A stretch of DNA of 64,000 nt from Desulfosudaceae bacterium (GTDB lineage: Bacteria > Desulfobacterota > Desulfobacteria > Desulfobacterales > Desulfosudaceae): the NCBI GenBank assembly GCA_963674745.2, contig CAXXDV010000003.1, positions 2,240,001 through 2,304,000 on the forward strand, in the 5' to 3' direction. The notes beneath the pieces are model-generated. The model saw nothing but the letters and a program-made list of their open reading frames with translations, was not told the origin of the DNA and did not search any database. Of this stretch, positions 25,664-36,585 are shown piece by piece. Positions within the stretch are counted from its first letter, which is position 1. The number at the start of each line of letters is the position of its first letter. Both the position numbers and the translations under genes were made by a program.

Positions 25664-27758
25664 ACGTGCCATAATACGTATCATTCTGGCCACCGGGGTC
25701 GCCTCGGTGGCCACTCAACTGCTGACCATCCGGGAATTTCTGGCTCTGTTTGCCGGGAATGAATTCGTAATTGCCGTTATTTTCTTTAACTGGTTAATTA
25801 TCGGTGGTGCCGGCACCCTGCTGGCATACCGGGCCGCCGATTCTTTTTTCAGGCCTTCGCCGATCCGTCTGGGATGGCTTTCACTCCTGGCGGCGGCCAT
25901 GCAGCCGGTTAATCTTCTGACCATTCGCCTGCTCCGAAACGTTGTATTCATACCCGGCAGCGAGACCGGATTTTATCAGACGTTTGTCTATACCCTTTTA
26001 ACAACAGCTCCCTACTCATTGCTGATCGGTTTTCTGCTCCCTTTCAGCCTTTTTGTTATCAGGCGTGAGTCCCCGGCTTATCCGGGCACCACGATTTACA
26101 TTATGGACAACATCGGTGATGTTGCCGGTGGCGCGCTTTTTTCCTTTGTGCTTCTGTTTATCGCCACACCTATGCAAAGTATCGCCTTTTCCGGATTGAT
26201 ACTGATGGTGGCGGCCATCCCTCTGTTGATGCCCAATCGCGGCGTTTCCGTCTACTTGTTGACAGCCGCGATACTGGCCGCAACAACGATTCTAACGGTC
26301 CCTGTTTTCATAGAAATCAGGACGCTGGAAGTTACCGGCGGAAACCTGGTATGGTACCGGGAAGCCCGAACCGGCAGAATCCAGGTTACGCATCAGGCCG
26401 ACCAGTATACCCTGTACCTGGACGGCAGCCCCATCGCCAGTTCTTATAATCTTCGGCAAGCGGAGGCGGCGGCGCACTATCCCCTTTGTCAGAGGGCCCA
26501 TTCCGAGCGGGTCCTGATCATTTCGGCAGTAACGGGCATCATGAACGAAATCAAGAAGCACCAACCGCGGGAAATAGATTATGTTGAGCTGTCCCCTGAA
26601 CTGGCCGAGACCATGCTTCGTTTCAACCTGATCCAAAAAAATGACCGGATGAGCGTCATTCATGATGATGCCAGGGCCTTTTTATCCCGGACAAAAAAGC
26701 GATATGATACCGTTATCATGTGCCTGCCGGAACCGGATACATATCAGCTTAACCGTTTTTATACACAGTCCTTCTTCTCCCTGGTCAGGAAGCGTTTGAC
26801 CGAAAACGGCGTTTTTTCCTTCATGTTGATGGGATTTGACAACTATCCGACCGAAGCTGATCGTCAGAAACTGTCTTCCGTGCATAACACGGCCGCCGCC
26901 TGCTTCCCGAATATAACCATGATTCCCGGTGAAGACATCTTTTTTCTGTGCGGCGAGAAGCCGTTAACCACGGATATTCCGACCCGGTTGGAACAAAAAG
27001 GGATCAAAACCGCTTTTATCAAAGATTATTTTGCCGGAGACGTTACCCATGACCGGCTGGCGTACCTTGAAAACATGATCGACCCGGACGCTCCGATAAA
27101 CAAGGACATCCGTCCCCGGCTGATGCGTTTGATGTTTGCCCGGTGGTTTGCGCTGTTTGACACTTCTCCGGCTTTTTTTTACGCGGCCGGCGGCCTTATT
27201 CTGCTGGGTTACTTGCTGTTCGCCTCACGTGGCGAATTTATTCTTTTTTCCACCGGGTTCGCCAATATGGCGACAGAGATCCTGACCATATTTGCTTTCC
27301 AGATTTTTATCGGTTATATTTATTATCAAATCGGACTTATTGTAACCGTATTTCTGGCCGGTCTGTTACCCGGTGCCTGGACCGGCGGTCATGTGCGATA
27401 CCATTCCCGGCGGACACTCATGCTCCTGGACGGTGCCATCATCATGTTGACCGGTTTTTTTGCCGTTGCCGTGATAACCGCGGAAACCCGACTTCCGGCC
27501 GTGTTTTTTCTTGCCTATGGATTTATCTTTTCCTTTGTCTGCGGTTTTCAATTCCCGGTAATTTTGCACCTGTTCGGCGATAAAAACAGACAGACCAGTG
27601 GCGCTTTTACCGCTGACCTGGTCGGCGCCGCCTTCGGCGCGCTGCTGACCAGTATCCTGTTAATCCCTTATGCCGGTCTGGCGGGGACCGCAATGGCCAT
27701 TATCGGATTAAAAACGATCAGCCTGATCCTCATCGGAGTTATCCATGGCACCCATTGA
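25647..27758 (+). CDS. Membrane-embedded spermidine-synthase-like (SAM-dependent fold) protein
   Basis: TM blocks at both ends; central YVELSP..DDARAFL...YDTVI..LPEP...NRFYT. Confidence 0.75.
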   Translation: MRTKNERAIIRIILATGVASVATQLLTIREFLALFAGNEFVIAVIFFNWLIIGGAGTLLAYRAADSFFRPSPIRLGWLSLLAAAMQPVNLLTIRLLRNVVFIPGSETGFYQTFVYTLLTTAPYSLLIGFLLPFSLFVIRRESPAYPGTTIYIMDNIGDVAGGALFSFVLLFIATPMQSIAFSGLILMVAAIPLLMPNRGVSVYLLTAAILAATTILTVPVFIEIRTLEVTGGNLVWYREARTGRIQVTHQADQYTLYLDGSPIASSYNLRQAEAAAHYPLCQRAHSERVLIISAVTGIMNEIKKHQPREIDYVELSPELAETMLRFNLIQKNDRMSVIHDDARAFLSRTKKRYDTVIMCLPEPDTYQLNRFYTQSFFSLVRKRLTENGVFSFMLMGFDNYPTEADRQKLSSVHNTAAACFPNITMIPGEDIFFLCGEKPLTTDIPTRLEQKGIKTAFIKDYFAGDVTHDRLAYLENMIDPDAPINKDIRPRLMRLMFARWFALFDTSPAFFYAAGGLILLGYLLFASRGEFILFSTGFANMATEILTIFAFQIFIGYIYYQIGLIVTVFLAGLLPGAWTGGHVRYHSRRTLMLLDGAIIMLTGFFAVAVITAETRLPAVFFLAYGFIFSFVCGFQFPVILHLFGDKNRQTSGAFTADLVGAAFGALLTSILLIPYAGLAGTAMAIIGLKTISLILIGVIHGTH

Positions 27759-28932
27759 CAGACGGAAATTTCTAAAAGCAGGCGCCGCCGGCGTCATGCT
27801 GCTCTGCTACGGTCCACCGGCAGCCGGTTTTTCCCTGTTGGGACCAAAACGGGCGACCTCGGGCCGGGATGATATCAGCGGTCAGGTCTTTACCGGTGAC
27901 GCGCCCGAAAAGCCCTGGAAATGGTCCCGGGAGGCAAAACATTACGAAATATTCCGGGGTGAACAGACCGTATGCGGGCTTTGCCCCAATGTCTGTCGTC
28001 TTTCACCGGGAGATCGCGGTGTCTGCCGTTCCAGGGTCAATATTGGCGGTGTTATGTACACCCTGTCTTACGGTAATCCCTGTGCCGTCCATATCGACCC
28101 CATTGAAAAAAAACCGCTGCTTCATTTCAAGCCCCTGTCCCGGGCCTTTTCCATTGCCGCCGCGGGATGTAATTTCCGGTGTCTGAACTGCCAGAACTGG
28201 CAGATCTCCCAGGCCAGGCCGGAAGACGTCCGTCATTACGAACTTTTCCCCGAAGATGTGGTCAGGGCGGCCGAACAATCCGGGTCGGCGTCGATTGCCT
28301 ACACCTATTCGGAAGCCACCACATTTTTTGAGTACATGATCGATACGGCAACCATCGCGCACACGAAAAACCTGTCCAACCTCTGGATCTCCAATGGCTT
28401 TATCAACCCCGGCCCCCTGGCAGACCTTTGCCGGGTGATCGATGCCGCCAACGTCAATCTGAAAGCATATGATGACGCCATCTACAAAAAATTAAACGGC
28501 GGGCGTCTGCAACCGGTCCTGGATACCTTCTGCACACTGCACCGGCAGAAAATCCATTTTGAGATCACCAACCTGGTTGTTCCCGGGTATACGGATGACG
28601 AAAAAATGGTCAAAAAAATGTGCGCCTGGATTGTTGAAGCCCTGGGACTTGACCATCCGCTTCATTTCTCCCGCTTTTCACCCCAGTACAAGCTCAAACG
28701 ACTGCCGCCGACGCCGGTCGCCACCCTCAGCCGTTTTCGACAAATCGCCATGGCGGCCGGTATCCGTTACGTTTACGTGGGCAATGTACCGGGTCACGAT
28801 GGGGCCAATACCTATTGCCATAACTGTAAAAAGCTGTTGATTGAAAGAAACGGATACACCTTCGGCGCCTTCAACCTGAAAGACGGTAAATGCCGGTTCT
28901 GCGGCACACCGATCCCGGGGGTATGGGTTTAA
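27745..28932 (+). CDS. amrS: AmmeMemoRadiSam radical SAM enzyme with twin-arginine-type N-terminus
   Basis: DPIEKKPL, GCNFRCLNCQNWQISQ (CxxxCxxC), IAYTYSE, YVYVGNVPG; N-terminal DRRKFLK. Confidence 0.92.
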   Translation: MAPIDRRKFLKAGAAGVMLLCYGPPAAGFSLLGPKRATSGRDDISGQVFTGDAPEKPWKWSREAKHYEIFRGEQTVCGLCPNVCRLSPGDRGVCRSRVNIGGVMYTLSYGNPCAVHIDPIEKKPLLHFKPLSRAFSIAAAGCNFRCLNCQNWQISQARPEDVRHYELFPEDVVRAAEQSGSASIAYTYSEATTFFEYMIDTATIAHTKNLSNLWISNGFINPGPLADLCRVIDAANVNLKAYDDAIYKKLNGGRLQPVLDTFCTLHRQKIHFEITNLVVPGYTDDEKMVKKMCAWIVEALGLDHPLHFSRFSPQYKLKRLPPTPVATLSRFRQIAMAAGIRYVYVGNVPGHDGANTYCHNCKKLLIERNGYTFGAFNLKDGKCRFCGTPIPGVWV

Positions 28933-28936
28933 CGAC

Positions 28937-29040
28937 GTGATTATGTGGTTATGTGGTTAAGTGTTTATGTGGTTAAGTGGTTATGTGATTAAGTGATTAA
29001 GTGATTAAGTGTTTATGTGGTTATGTGGTTATGTGGTTTG
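28937..29040. repeat. 13-unit octamer array (GTG[GAT]TTA[AT])n
   Basis: Direct reading; inverse-orientation copies at 29533-29568 and 29627-29658. Confidence 0.95.
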
Positions 29041-29359
29041 TATAGGTATATGCGTGGTTAAAAAGTCGATATTATTTTTAGATGCTTTAGCTTTTTTCAC
29101 TATTATTTTCGCTCCTGCGCTCTTTGTTCCGGCTTACTTTTTCGACAAAGAAGTTAGCACCGTGGCCATTATTGACGGAGAACAATCTTTTGTAATAATG
29201 ACAGTTGAAAAGGCAAAATGGGGGAATGTTTTATTCCCGATTCTCATTTTATTGGTAATATATAATTTTTGTTTATTATTCGTTTTCGTCAAAAAGCGGA
29301 TAAAAATAAATCGCAATAAAGGCACGTCAGAACACTTTAAACCGGATGATGATCAATGA
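29009..29359 (+). CDS. Small AT-rich two-TM hypothetical protein (true start probably the GTG near 29054, after the repeat)
   Basis: Open frame with two hydrophobic segments; much lower GC than neighbours. Confidence 0.45.
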   Translation: MFMWLCGYVVCIGICVVKKSILFLDALAFFTIIFAPALFVPAYFFDKEVSTVAIIDGEQSFVIMTVEKAKWGNVLFPILILLVIYNFCLLFVFVKKRIKINRNKGTSEHFKPDDDQ

Positions 29360-29645
29360 TGTTTGGTGTTTATGGGTTTGTTTCTGTGCGTCAGGGTTTT
29401 CGGCCTTCAGGAATTTATGTCCTCAGGCTGAACTATAAATTACCACAAAGTGATAAATGATTGCCCCCCTTCTAAATAACAAAACCATGATTCTTTTAGA
29501 ACGTATTCCAAAAAAATAGCCGGCCAGGACGCTAATCACATAACCACTTAACCACATAATCACATAAACTTTTAGGTGCCACTGTTACTTGTCGGTTTGG
29601 TTCCGGGCCGTGCCCGGTTGGGACGCTAACCACTTAATCACATAA

Positions 29646-31175
29646 TCACTTAACCACTTTTTTCCGAAAAGCCATCGTCACGGCCTGAAAGGCATGAATA
29701 AAAAAGGTGCGCAGGAATTTCGGGTCCCGGAGCAACTGCCGGGAATAAAAATCCAGAAAGCCCCGGGGGTTGCGGAACGGAAAACGGCAGAGATTGATAA
29801 AATAGGTCACGGCCTGAATCCGGCGCAGGTCTTCAGTAGTAAAATCACCGGTCGCCAGGTCTGACTGGAAATAATTATTGGCTTCATGATAAGCGTAGTC
29901 CCCGTCAATATACCCCTCGTCCAGGCACTTTTCCCAGAGTTCCGATCCCGGCAGGGGGTTGAAAATGAAAGGCATGATGTAATCCAGCTTGAGATCAAGG
30001 GCAAACCGCATGGAACGTTTGATCTCGGTCAGTCGTTCACCGGGAAACCCGACAATAAAATATCCTACCGTGGTAATCCCGTATTTTCCGGCCAGCCGGG
30101 CCACTTCGTGCACCTTTTCAAACGTAAAGGGTTTTTTCACAAAGGCATCAAAAGACTTCCGGCTGCCGGTCTCAACGGCCAGCGTGATCTCATAGCAGCC
30201 GCTGTCCTTCATGAGCCGGACCATTTCCTCATCCAGGGTCCATAGCGCAATCCCGTTGGGTGTGTTCCAGGGCATGACCAGGCCGCGTTCCTTCATGCCG
30301 GAAAAAATCGCCCGGGCCCTTTTCCTGTCAATGGTCAGGTTATCATCCTGCCATTTCAATTCTTCAACGCCATACCTTTGCCGGAGATGCTCTATTTCCG
30401 TCAGCACATTTTCGGCCGACCGCTTGCGGAACCGTTTTCCCCAATGCCGCCAGGAGGAGCAGAACGGGCAGGCATGCGGACACCCGCGGCTGGAAACAAG
30501 GGGCGTATTCCGCTTTTTGCGCCAGTGAATCCCCATGGGGACCATGATGTCGAAATATTTTTCCATGGGAAGCAGGTCCCGGGCCGGCAGTGGCAGCGTA
30601 TCCAGATCTTCAATCCAGCTTGTACGGGGGTTGATTCTGACACTACCGTTTTCCCGCCAGGCGATACCGTCAATGGCCGACCGGTCCTCCCCCCGGTTAT
30701 GCGCTTTGATGATGTCCCGCAGGCCGAGTTCGCCCTCGCCCAGCACTACGTAATCGACATCCATGGTCTTTAAAACAATCTCCGGCAGAAACGAGGGGTG
30801 GGTGCCGCCCGTTACCACGACAATATCCCGGTCGATCTCATTTTTTATTCTACGGCTGATTTCCCGAATGCAGGCCGCCTGGCTCGAAAACATACAGGAC
30901 AAGCCGACCAGGTCCGGCGCACAGGAACGGATGCGATTGATAACATCCCGGTAAGCGAGGCCGACCAGTTCAATATCACGATTAACCGGCTTCCTTCTGT
31001 CCGGCGCTTCGACCAGACAGTCCAGAAGGGAAACGTCGACCTGCTCGCGGACAAAAGCCGCCAGTGAAGCGATACCCATGGGTGGGCACACCATTGAATC
31101 CACCTGCCGGATATCATACATGGGAGGAAAAATCAGCATCACCCGTTTGATCGGTCGCAAACCCTTCTGAGCCAT
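29646..31175 (-). CDS. B12-binding domain radical SAM protein
   Basis: PPMGIASLAA, GGTHPS, GEGE, SRGCPHACPFC; AAGGAG RBS. Confidence 0.9.
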   Translation of the reverse strand: MAQKGLRPIKRVMLIFPPMYDIRQVDSMVCPPMGIASLAAFVREQVDVSLLDCLVEAPDRRKPVNRDIELVGLAYRDVINRIRSCAPDLVGLSCMFSSQAACIREISRRIKNEIDRDIVVVTGGTHPSFLPEIVLKTMDVDYVVLGEGELGLRDIIKAHNRGEDRSAIDGIAWRENGSVRINPRTSWIEDLDTLPLPARDLLPMEKYFDIMVPMGIHWRKKRNTPLVSSRGCPHACPFCSSWRHWGKRFRKRSAENVLTEIEHLRQRYGVEELKWQDDNLTIDRKRARAIFSGMKERGLVMPWNTPNGIALWTLDEEMVRLMKDSGCYEITLAVETGSRKSFDAFVKKPFTFEKVHEVARLAGKYGITTVGYFIVGFPGERLTEIKRSMRFALDLKLDYIMPFIFNPLPGSELWEKCLDEGYIDGDYAYHEANNYFQSDLATGDFTTEDLRRIQAVTYFINLCRFPFRNPRGFLDFYSRQLLRDPKFLRTFFIHAFQAVTMAFRKKVVK

Positions 31176-31404
31176 CACAACTCCTTGAAAAAGCAATCCC
31201 CACTTTCGGGAAAAATTACCGGTCTATTACCTGAAGACTCTGTTAATAACGGTTGCCTGTCAAAAAATTACTATACCGCAAAGGGCACCAGATAAAAAAG
31301 GAAAATTATTATTGACAATTGGTAAACAGAAGCATTAAATAAAGAGATTTTAAAAGATAACCAAGCATTTAAGAACGAAACAATTAAGGAGGCAGAATAA
31401 AGCA

Positions 31405-31674
31405 GTGGCCAATCATCAATCAGCGATAAAACGGACAAGACAGAACCTGAAGCGGAATTTACGCAATAAATCCAGGAAAACAGCGGTAAAAAGCGTCACC
31501 AAGCGACTGGAAGCCGCGGTCAATGAAAACAAAACCGAAGAAGCTGTGCTGGAGTTCAAAAAAGCGCAGAAAATGATCGCTAAAACAGCGTCCAAAGGTG
31601 TTTTTCATAAAAAAACTGCCGCCAGAAAAATCTCCCGGCTGGCCAGACTTGTCAATAAAGCCAGCGTCTCTTAA
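31405..31674 (+). CDS. rpsT: 30S ribosomal protein S20
   Basis: MANHQSAIKR...RN...KGVFHKKTAARKISRL; AAGGAGG RBS; TTGACA at 31312. Confidence 0.98.
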   Translation: MANHQSAIKRTRQNLKRNLRNKSRKTAVKSVTKRLEAAVNENKTEEAVLEFKKAQKMIAKTASKGVFHKKTAARKISRLARLVNKASVS

Positions 31675-31759
31675 TCCGGGTTCTTCCATTCACCGTATAA
31701 TTCATGGGCGCCCAACGCTTCCACACACCTGCGGTAAGCGCCCAGCTTGAAATCCATAC

Positions 31760-32287
31760 TTAAAAATTGACGGTCATCTGGTTATAAATCCGTTGCGCCA
31801 GGTCATCGGCCAGTTTCCTGACCGCCCGCCGCAGGTTTTGATCAGTAGCCGATTTTTCGGCCTCGACCATGTAAACTTCATTATCACGGATATTATCCTC
31901 CGCCCACACGGCTTCCCCTTCACGGTTCACCAGCCGGACGTTCAAGACAACCCGCACCCGTCTTTCCACCGCGACATATTTGTTCCGGTGGCTGACCGTA
32001 CCGGTGCTGATGGATTTAATCACTCCTTCTAAAACCGCATCCGCTTTCTCCTTCTCCACAAGACTGCCGGCGCGGCGCCGGGTAAACTCCTGAACCATGC
32101 TGTTGGTAAAATCGTTTTCAATACCCAGCAGAGAAGACCTGTTTTCAAACACCGACACAAAAACCGTATCAACTTCTTCGGGCAGATCCCCCTTCTGCGC
32201 AAACCGGTATCCGCAAGCGGATATGGCGCAAGAGATAAAGAGGCTCAGGGAAATTATCCCCCAAATTTTAGTTGTTCGCATTCGCAT
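31760..32287 (-). CDS. lptE: LPS assembly lipoprotein LptE
   Basis: Lipobox ISACGYRF; position downstream of leuS; the track's longer N-terminus is translated REP. Confidence 0.8.
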   Translation of the reverse strand: MRMRTTKIWGIISLSLFISCAISACGYRFAQKGDLPEEVDTVFVSVFENRSSLLGIENDFTNSMVQEFTRRRAGSLVEKEKADAVLEGVIKSISTGTVSHRNKYVAVERRVRVVLNVRLVNREGEAVWAEDNIRDNEVYMVEAEKSATDQNLRRAVRKLADDLAQRIYNQMTVNF

Positions 32288-32323
32288 ATTTGGTTTTATC
32301 CATGCTGCACCTGCAAGAATCAC

Positions 32324-32453
32324 GTAGGGGCAACCCCCTGTGGTTGCCCTTTGCCGGGCAGGCACGGGGGCCTGCCCCTACATTATACATGAGCACCCAC
32401 CCCGGTCCGTAGGGGTGCCCTTTTACCGGGCGGCCACAGGGGGCAGCCCCTGC
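32324..32453. repeat. GTAG-type REP cluster (inverted doublets)
   Basis: GTAGGGGCAACCCCCTGTGGTTGCCCT / GGGCAGGCACGGGGGCCTGCCCCTAC; identical units at 51426-51543. Confidence 0.85.
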
Positions 32454-32455
32454 AA

Positions 32456-35047
32456 CTATGCCTGGACAACGATGTTGACCAGCTTCTCGGGCACCACAAT
32501 CACCTTTCTGACAGCCTTATCCCCGATGAATTTCTGGACCGGCTCACAGGCCAGGGCCAACTTTTCAAGCGTCTGTTTGTCGGTATCCGGAGCGGCCATA
32601 AATTTCCCCCGCAGTTTGCCGTTGACCTGGACCACGATCAACTTTTCGTCCAGGGCCAGGGCGGCTTCCTGATGTTCCGGCCAGGGAGAGCGGAGAATAC
32701 TCTCCTGGTTACCGAAAAAGGCCCATATCTCCTCGGCAAAATGAGGTGTAATGGGTGAAAGCAGCATGGCCAGGGTCTGGATTACCAATTTCATTACCTG
32801 ACGGGTTTCGGGTATGCCGTCATCCTCGATACCGTAGGCTTCGTTCACCAGCTCCATCACAGCACTGATGGCGGTATTGAAATGGAACCGCTGGTCAAAC
32901 TCCACCGACACTTTTTTGATGGTCTGATGCATCTTGCGGTAAAGGCTATGCAGCCGGGGTGACAGGTCCTCTTTTTCCCCTTTAAAAACGTCCGCGGATT
33001 TGATCGTTTCCATCCAGATGGACGAAAGCCGCCAGACCCGGTTCATGAAGCGATAGGCACCCTCCACCCCCTGGTCGCTCCACTGCAGCGCCTCTTCAGG
33101 AGGAGAAACAAACAGGCAGAACAGCCGGGTAACATCAGCCCCGTACCGGTCCAGCAGAAAATTCGGATCCACCACGTTTTTCTTGGACTTGGACATTTTC
33201 TCCACCCGCCCGAAAACCACCGGCTGACCGCAGTGAGCGCACACACTTTGTTCGTCTTCACCGGTCGCTTCTTCGGGGTAAAGAAAACCATGTTCCGGAC
33301 AGGAGGCCGTTTCCTTGCACACCATTCCCTGCGTCAGCAGATGGGTAAACGGCTCTTTGAAATCAACCAGCCCCAGCGCATTCAGCACGCGTGTAAAATA
33401 CCTGGAATACAACAAATGCAGTACCGCGTGTTCGACCCCGCCGATATACTGATCCGCGGGCATCCAGTAGTCCACGGCATCTTTCTCAAACATGGCCTCC
33501 GTGCAGTCCGGACTGCAATACCGCAGGTAATACCAGGAGGAATCGACAAAAGTGTCCATGGTATCGGTTTCCCGCCGGGCCTGGCCGCCGCACCCGGGGC
33601 AGGTCGTCCGGACAAAGCTGTCCAGCACCGGCAGCGGTGATTTACCGCCTTCCAGCAGGTCGGCGTCTTCAGGCAGCACCACCGGCAAATCCTTGTCCGG
33701 GACCGGAACAATACCGCATGTTGGGCAATGGATCATGGGAATCGGGGCGCCCCAGTAACGCTGCCGGGAAATCCCCCAGTCACGCAACCGGTAACTGACC
33801 GTCTTTTTGCCGATGCCCTTTTCTTCCAGGCGGGCGGCAATGTCATCCAGGGCCTGCCGGTTGTCTAAACCATCGAATTCACCTGAATTGACCAGCCGGC
33901 CCGGTCCGGTATAGGCCTCGGTCATTTCCCCGGCCGTCAATGATTCGTCTTCGGGATTAATGACCACGATCACGTCCAGCCCGTATTTTTTGGCAAATTC
34001 GAAATCGCGCTGGTCATGAGCCGGCACACTCATAACCGCACCGGTACCGTACTCCATCAGGGCAAAATTGGCCGTGTAGACCGGCATGCGCCGGCCGGTG
34101 AAAGGGTTGAGACACCAGGCGCCGGTAAAGACGCCTTCTTTCTCGTACGACTCTATGGTCTTGCTGGTGCGATCGGTGGCCGCCATTTTCTCTACGAACA
34201 GGCGCACCGCCTCTTCCTGATCGGTCCCGGCGGCCAGTTGCTCCACCATGGGATGTTCCGGGGCCAGGCACATAAAGGTCGCCCCGAAAACCGTATCCTG
34301 GCGGGTCGTAAAAACAGGCAGAACCTCATCGCTGCCCTCTACGGGAAAACGAATTTCCGCGCCCATGCTTTTACCGATCCAGTTTTTCTGCATGGTCAAC
34401 ACTTTTTCGGGCCAGCCGGGCATTCGCTCACAATAGGTCAGCAGGTCTTCGGCAAAGTCTGTTATCCTGAAAAACCACTGGGGCAATTTCTTCTGCTGTA
34501 CCGGTTTGCCGCAACGCCAGCAGGCACCGGCCTCCACCTGCTCATTGGCCAGCACGGTGGCACATTTATCGCACCAGTTAACATAGGATTCCTTGCGATA
34601 GACCATGCCCTTTTCATACATCCTGACAAACAGCCACTGCTCCCAGCGGTAGTATTCAGGATCGCAGGTGGCGATTTCCCGGCGCCAGTCATAGCTGAGC
34701 CCCATGCGCTTGAGCTGGGAACGCATGTAGTCGATGTTCTCCCGGGTCCACTGTGACGGATGGGTATTATTGGCAATGGCCGCGTTTTCCGCGGGCATGC
34801 CGAAAGCATCCCAGCCCATGGGATGAAGCACGTTGTATCCCCGCATTCTTTTAAAGCGGGCGATTACATCGCCGATGGTATAGTTACGGACATGCCCCAT
34901 ATGTATTTTGCCGGAAGGATAGGGGAACATTTCAAAAAGATAATACTTTTTACGGCCCTGTTCCTCGGCAACGGAAAAAAGACCTTTTTCCTCCCAGAAA
35001 GACTGCCACTTTTCTTCAATCGCCTTGAAGGGATATTTGTCCTCCAT
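32456..35047 (-). CDS. leuS: Leucine--tRNA ligase
   Basis: [29 protein letters not shown]. Confidence 0.99.
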   Translation of the reverse strand: MEDKYPFKAIEEKWQSFWEEKGLFSVAEEQGRKKYYLFEMFPYPSGKIHMGHVRNYTIGDVIARFKRMRGYNVLHPMGWDAFGMPAENAAIANNTHPSQWTRENIDYMRSQLKRMGLSYDWRREIATCDPEYYRWEQWLFVRMYEKGMVYRKESYVNWCDKCATVLANEQVEAGACWRCGKPVQQKKLPQWFFRITDFAEDLLTYCERMPGWPEKVLTMQKNWIGKSMGAEIRFPVEGSDEVLPVFTTRQDTVFGATFMCLAPEHPMVEQLAAGTDQEEAVRLFVEKMAATDRTSKTIESYEKEGVFTGAWCLNPFTGRRMPVYTANFALMEYGTGAVMSVPAHDQRDFEFAKKYGLDVIVVINPEDESLTAGEMTEAYTGPGRLVNSGEFDGLDNRQALDDIAARLEEKGIGKKTVSYRLRDWGISRQRYWGAPIPMIHCPTCGIVPVPDKDLPVVLPEDADLLEGGKSPLPVLDSFVRTTCPGCGGQARRETDTMDTFVDSSWYYLRYCSPDCTEAMFEKDAVDYWMPADQYIGGVEHAVLHLLYSRYFTRVLNALGLVDFKEPFTHLLTQGMVCKETASCPEHGFLYPEEATGEDEQSVCAHCGQPVVFGRVEKMSKSKKNVVDPNFLLDRYGADVTRLFCLFVSPPEEALQWSDQGVEGAYRFMNRVWRLSSIWMETIKSADVFKGEKEDLSPRLHSLYRKMHQTIKKVSVEFDQRFHFNTAISAVMELVNEAYGIEDDGIPETRQVMKLVIQTLAMLLSPITPHFAEEIWAFFGNQESILRSPWPEHQEAALALDEKLIVVQVNGKLRGKFMAAPDTDKQTLEKLALACEPVQKFIGDKAVRKVIVVPEKLVNIVVQA

Positions 35048-35127
35048 TTATGTACTGCCCTCCACATTCAACTCAATCATTATTAAGGGTTCAAGGATTC
35101 AAGAGAACATCGCTTTTCATCAACGAC

Positions 35128-36585
35128 TCAACTTTTATCCCCATGTTCCTCTTTTACGGCATTGATGATCCCGGTCGTACTGACCCCTTCCTTGAGCGGC
35201 ACCAGGCAGACTTTTCCGCCATACTGTTCCACCTCGTCCCGACCGACCACCGTCTCCAGGCTGTAATCGCCGCCCTTGACCAGGACATCGGGTTTAAACG
35301 CCTCGATCAACGCCAGCGGCGTATCCTCGGAAAAAATCACCACCATATCCACGCAACCGATGGCCGTCAACAATGCGGCGCGTTCCTTTTCAGGAAGTAC
35401 CGGGCGGGACACGCCCTTCAGTTGCCTTACCGAATCATCGGAATTGATGCCGACGATCAGGCGTTCTCCCTGGGCAGCCGCGGCATGAAGCAACCTGACG
35501 TGTCCGGTATGCAGCAAGTCAAAGCAACCGTTGGTAAACACAACCCGCTTGCCTTCCCGGCGCCAGAGGGTGACCATCTTTTCCGCGTCATCCCGGGAGA
35601 ATATCTTCCCGTCCGAGGCCCGGCCCCTCCCCCGGATGGCCGCCTCAAGCTCGACAATGGTCACCGGGCTGGTACCCACTTTCTGGACCACCACACCGGC
35701 CGCGCAGTTGGCCAGAACGGCCGCCTCGCTGATAGGCATACCACAGCCGAAAGCCGCGGCCACAACGCTGACCACCGTATCTCCGGCGCCTGACACATCA
35801 AACACATCCCTGGCTTCGGTGGGAATATGCAGGGGTTCGGAGTCCCGGCCAAAAAGCGACATCCCCCGGTCGCCCCTGGTAACCAGCAGGTTGTCGAGAT
35901 GATACTGTTTGATGACCGCCTCAGCCTGTGCCGAAAAACGGTTTTCGTCATCCACCGATGCGGCACTGATAGCCGTGAATTCGGCGGCATTGGGGGTAAT
36001 ACAGGTGGCCCGTGCATACCGTGACCAGTCTTTTCCCTTGGGATCTACAAAAACGGGCACACCGGCGGCCGTGCAACGCGAGATAAAAACTTCGGCCAGG
36101 CCGTCTGTTAACAGTCCCTTGCCGTAATCCGAGAGAATGACCACATCCACCCGTGAAACAAGACGCTCAAAATCGGCCAGCAACCGGTCACTGCCCGGCG
36201 CTTCCGCCGGCCACCGACGTTCTTCATCAAGACGGACCAGTTGCTGCTTTTGTCCCAGGACACGGGTTTTGGTCGTCGTGATATGCGCCCCGTCCACCAT
36301 CAGGTGCTCATCAATATTGTTTTCCGCCAGCATCCGGACAACATGCTCACCGGCTGAATCATCTCCCCGCACACCGATCAGAGAAACACGGCATCCCAGG
36401 CCGGCCAGGTTTAAAGCCACGTTGCCCGCCCCGCCCAGAAGGTATGTCTTCTTTTTTACATTAACCACCGGCACCGGTGCTTCCGGTGAAATCCGGCCGA
36501 CTTCACCCCAGTAATAAACATCCAGCATGACATCACCGGCCACCAGAACCCGACAGGATGAAAAATCCGGACAATAAACCGTCAT
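35128..36585 (-). CDS. hldE: Bifunctional heptose 7-phosphate kinase / heptose 1-phosphate adenylyltransferase
   Basis: RISPEAPVPV, DVSGAGDT, FTNGCFDLLHTGH, KGGDY. Confidence 0.97.
   Translation of the reverse strand: MTVYCPDFSSCRVLVAGDVMLDVYYWGEVGRISPEAPVPVVNVKKKTYLLGGAGNVALNLAGLGCRVSLIGVRGDDSAGEHVVRMLAENNIDEHLMVDGAHITTTKTRVLGQKQQLVRLDEERRWPAEAPGSDRLLADFERLVSRVDVVILSDYGKGLLTDGLAEVFISRCTAAGVPVFVDPKGKDWSRYARATCITPNAAEFTAISAASVDDENRFSAQAEAVIKQYHLDNLLVTRGDRGMSLFGRDSEPLHIPTEARDVFDVSGAGDTVVSVVAAAFGCGMPISEAAVLANCAAGVVVQKVGTSPVTIVELEAAIRGRGRASDGKIFSRDDAEKMVTLWRREGKRVVFTNGCFDLLHTGHVRLLHAAAAQGERLIVGINSDDSVRQLKGVSRPVLPEKERAALLTAIGCVDMVVIFSEDTPLALIEAFKPDVLVKGGDYSLETVVGRDEVEQYGGKVCLVPLKEGVSTTGIINAVKEEHGDKS

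Noticed and set aside
28937..29040. Possible CRISPR array
   Set aside because: 8-bp tandem units with no unique spacers; no cas genes in the window
32288..32365. Extended N-terminus of LptE in the ORF track
   Set aside because: Translated REP sequence; the lipoprotein signal starts near 32287
34016..35793. Long antisense ORFs over leuS/hldE, and similar shadows over tnp, ftsX, rne and ctpA
   Set aside because: Opposite-strand shadows of well-supported genes, with no motifs
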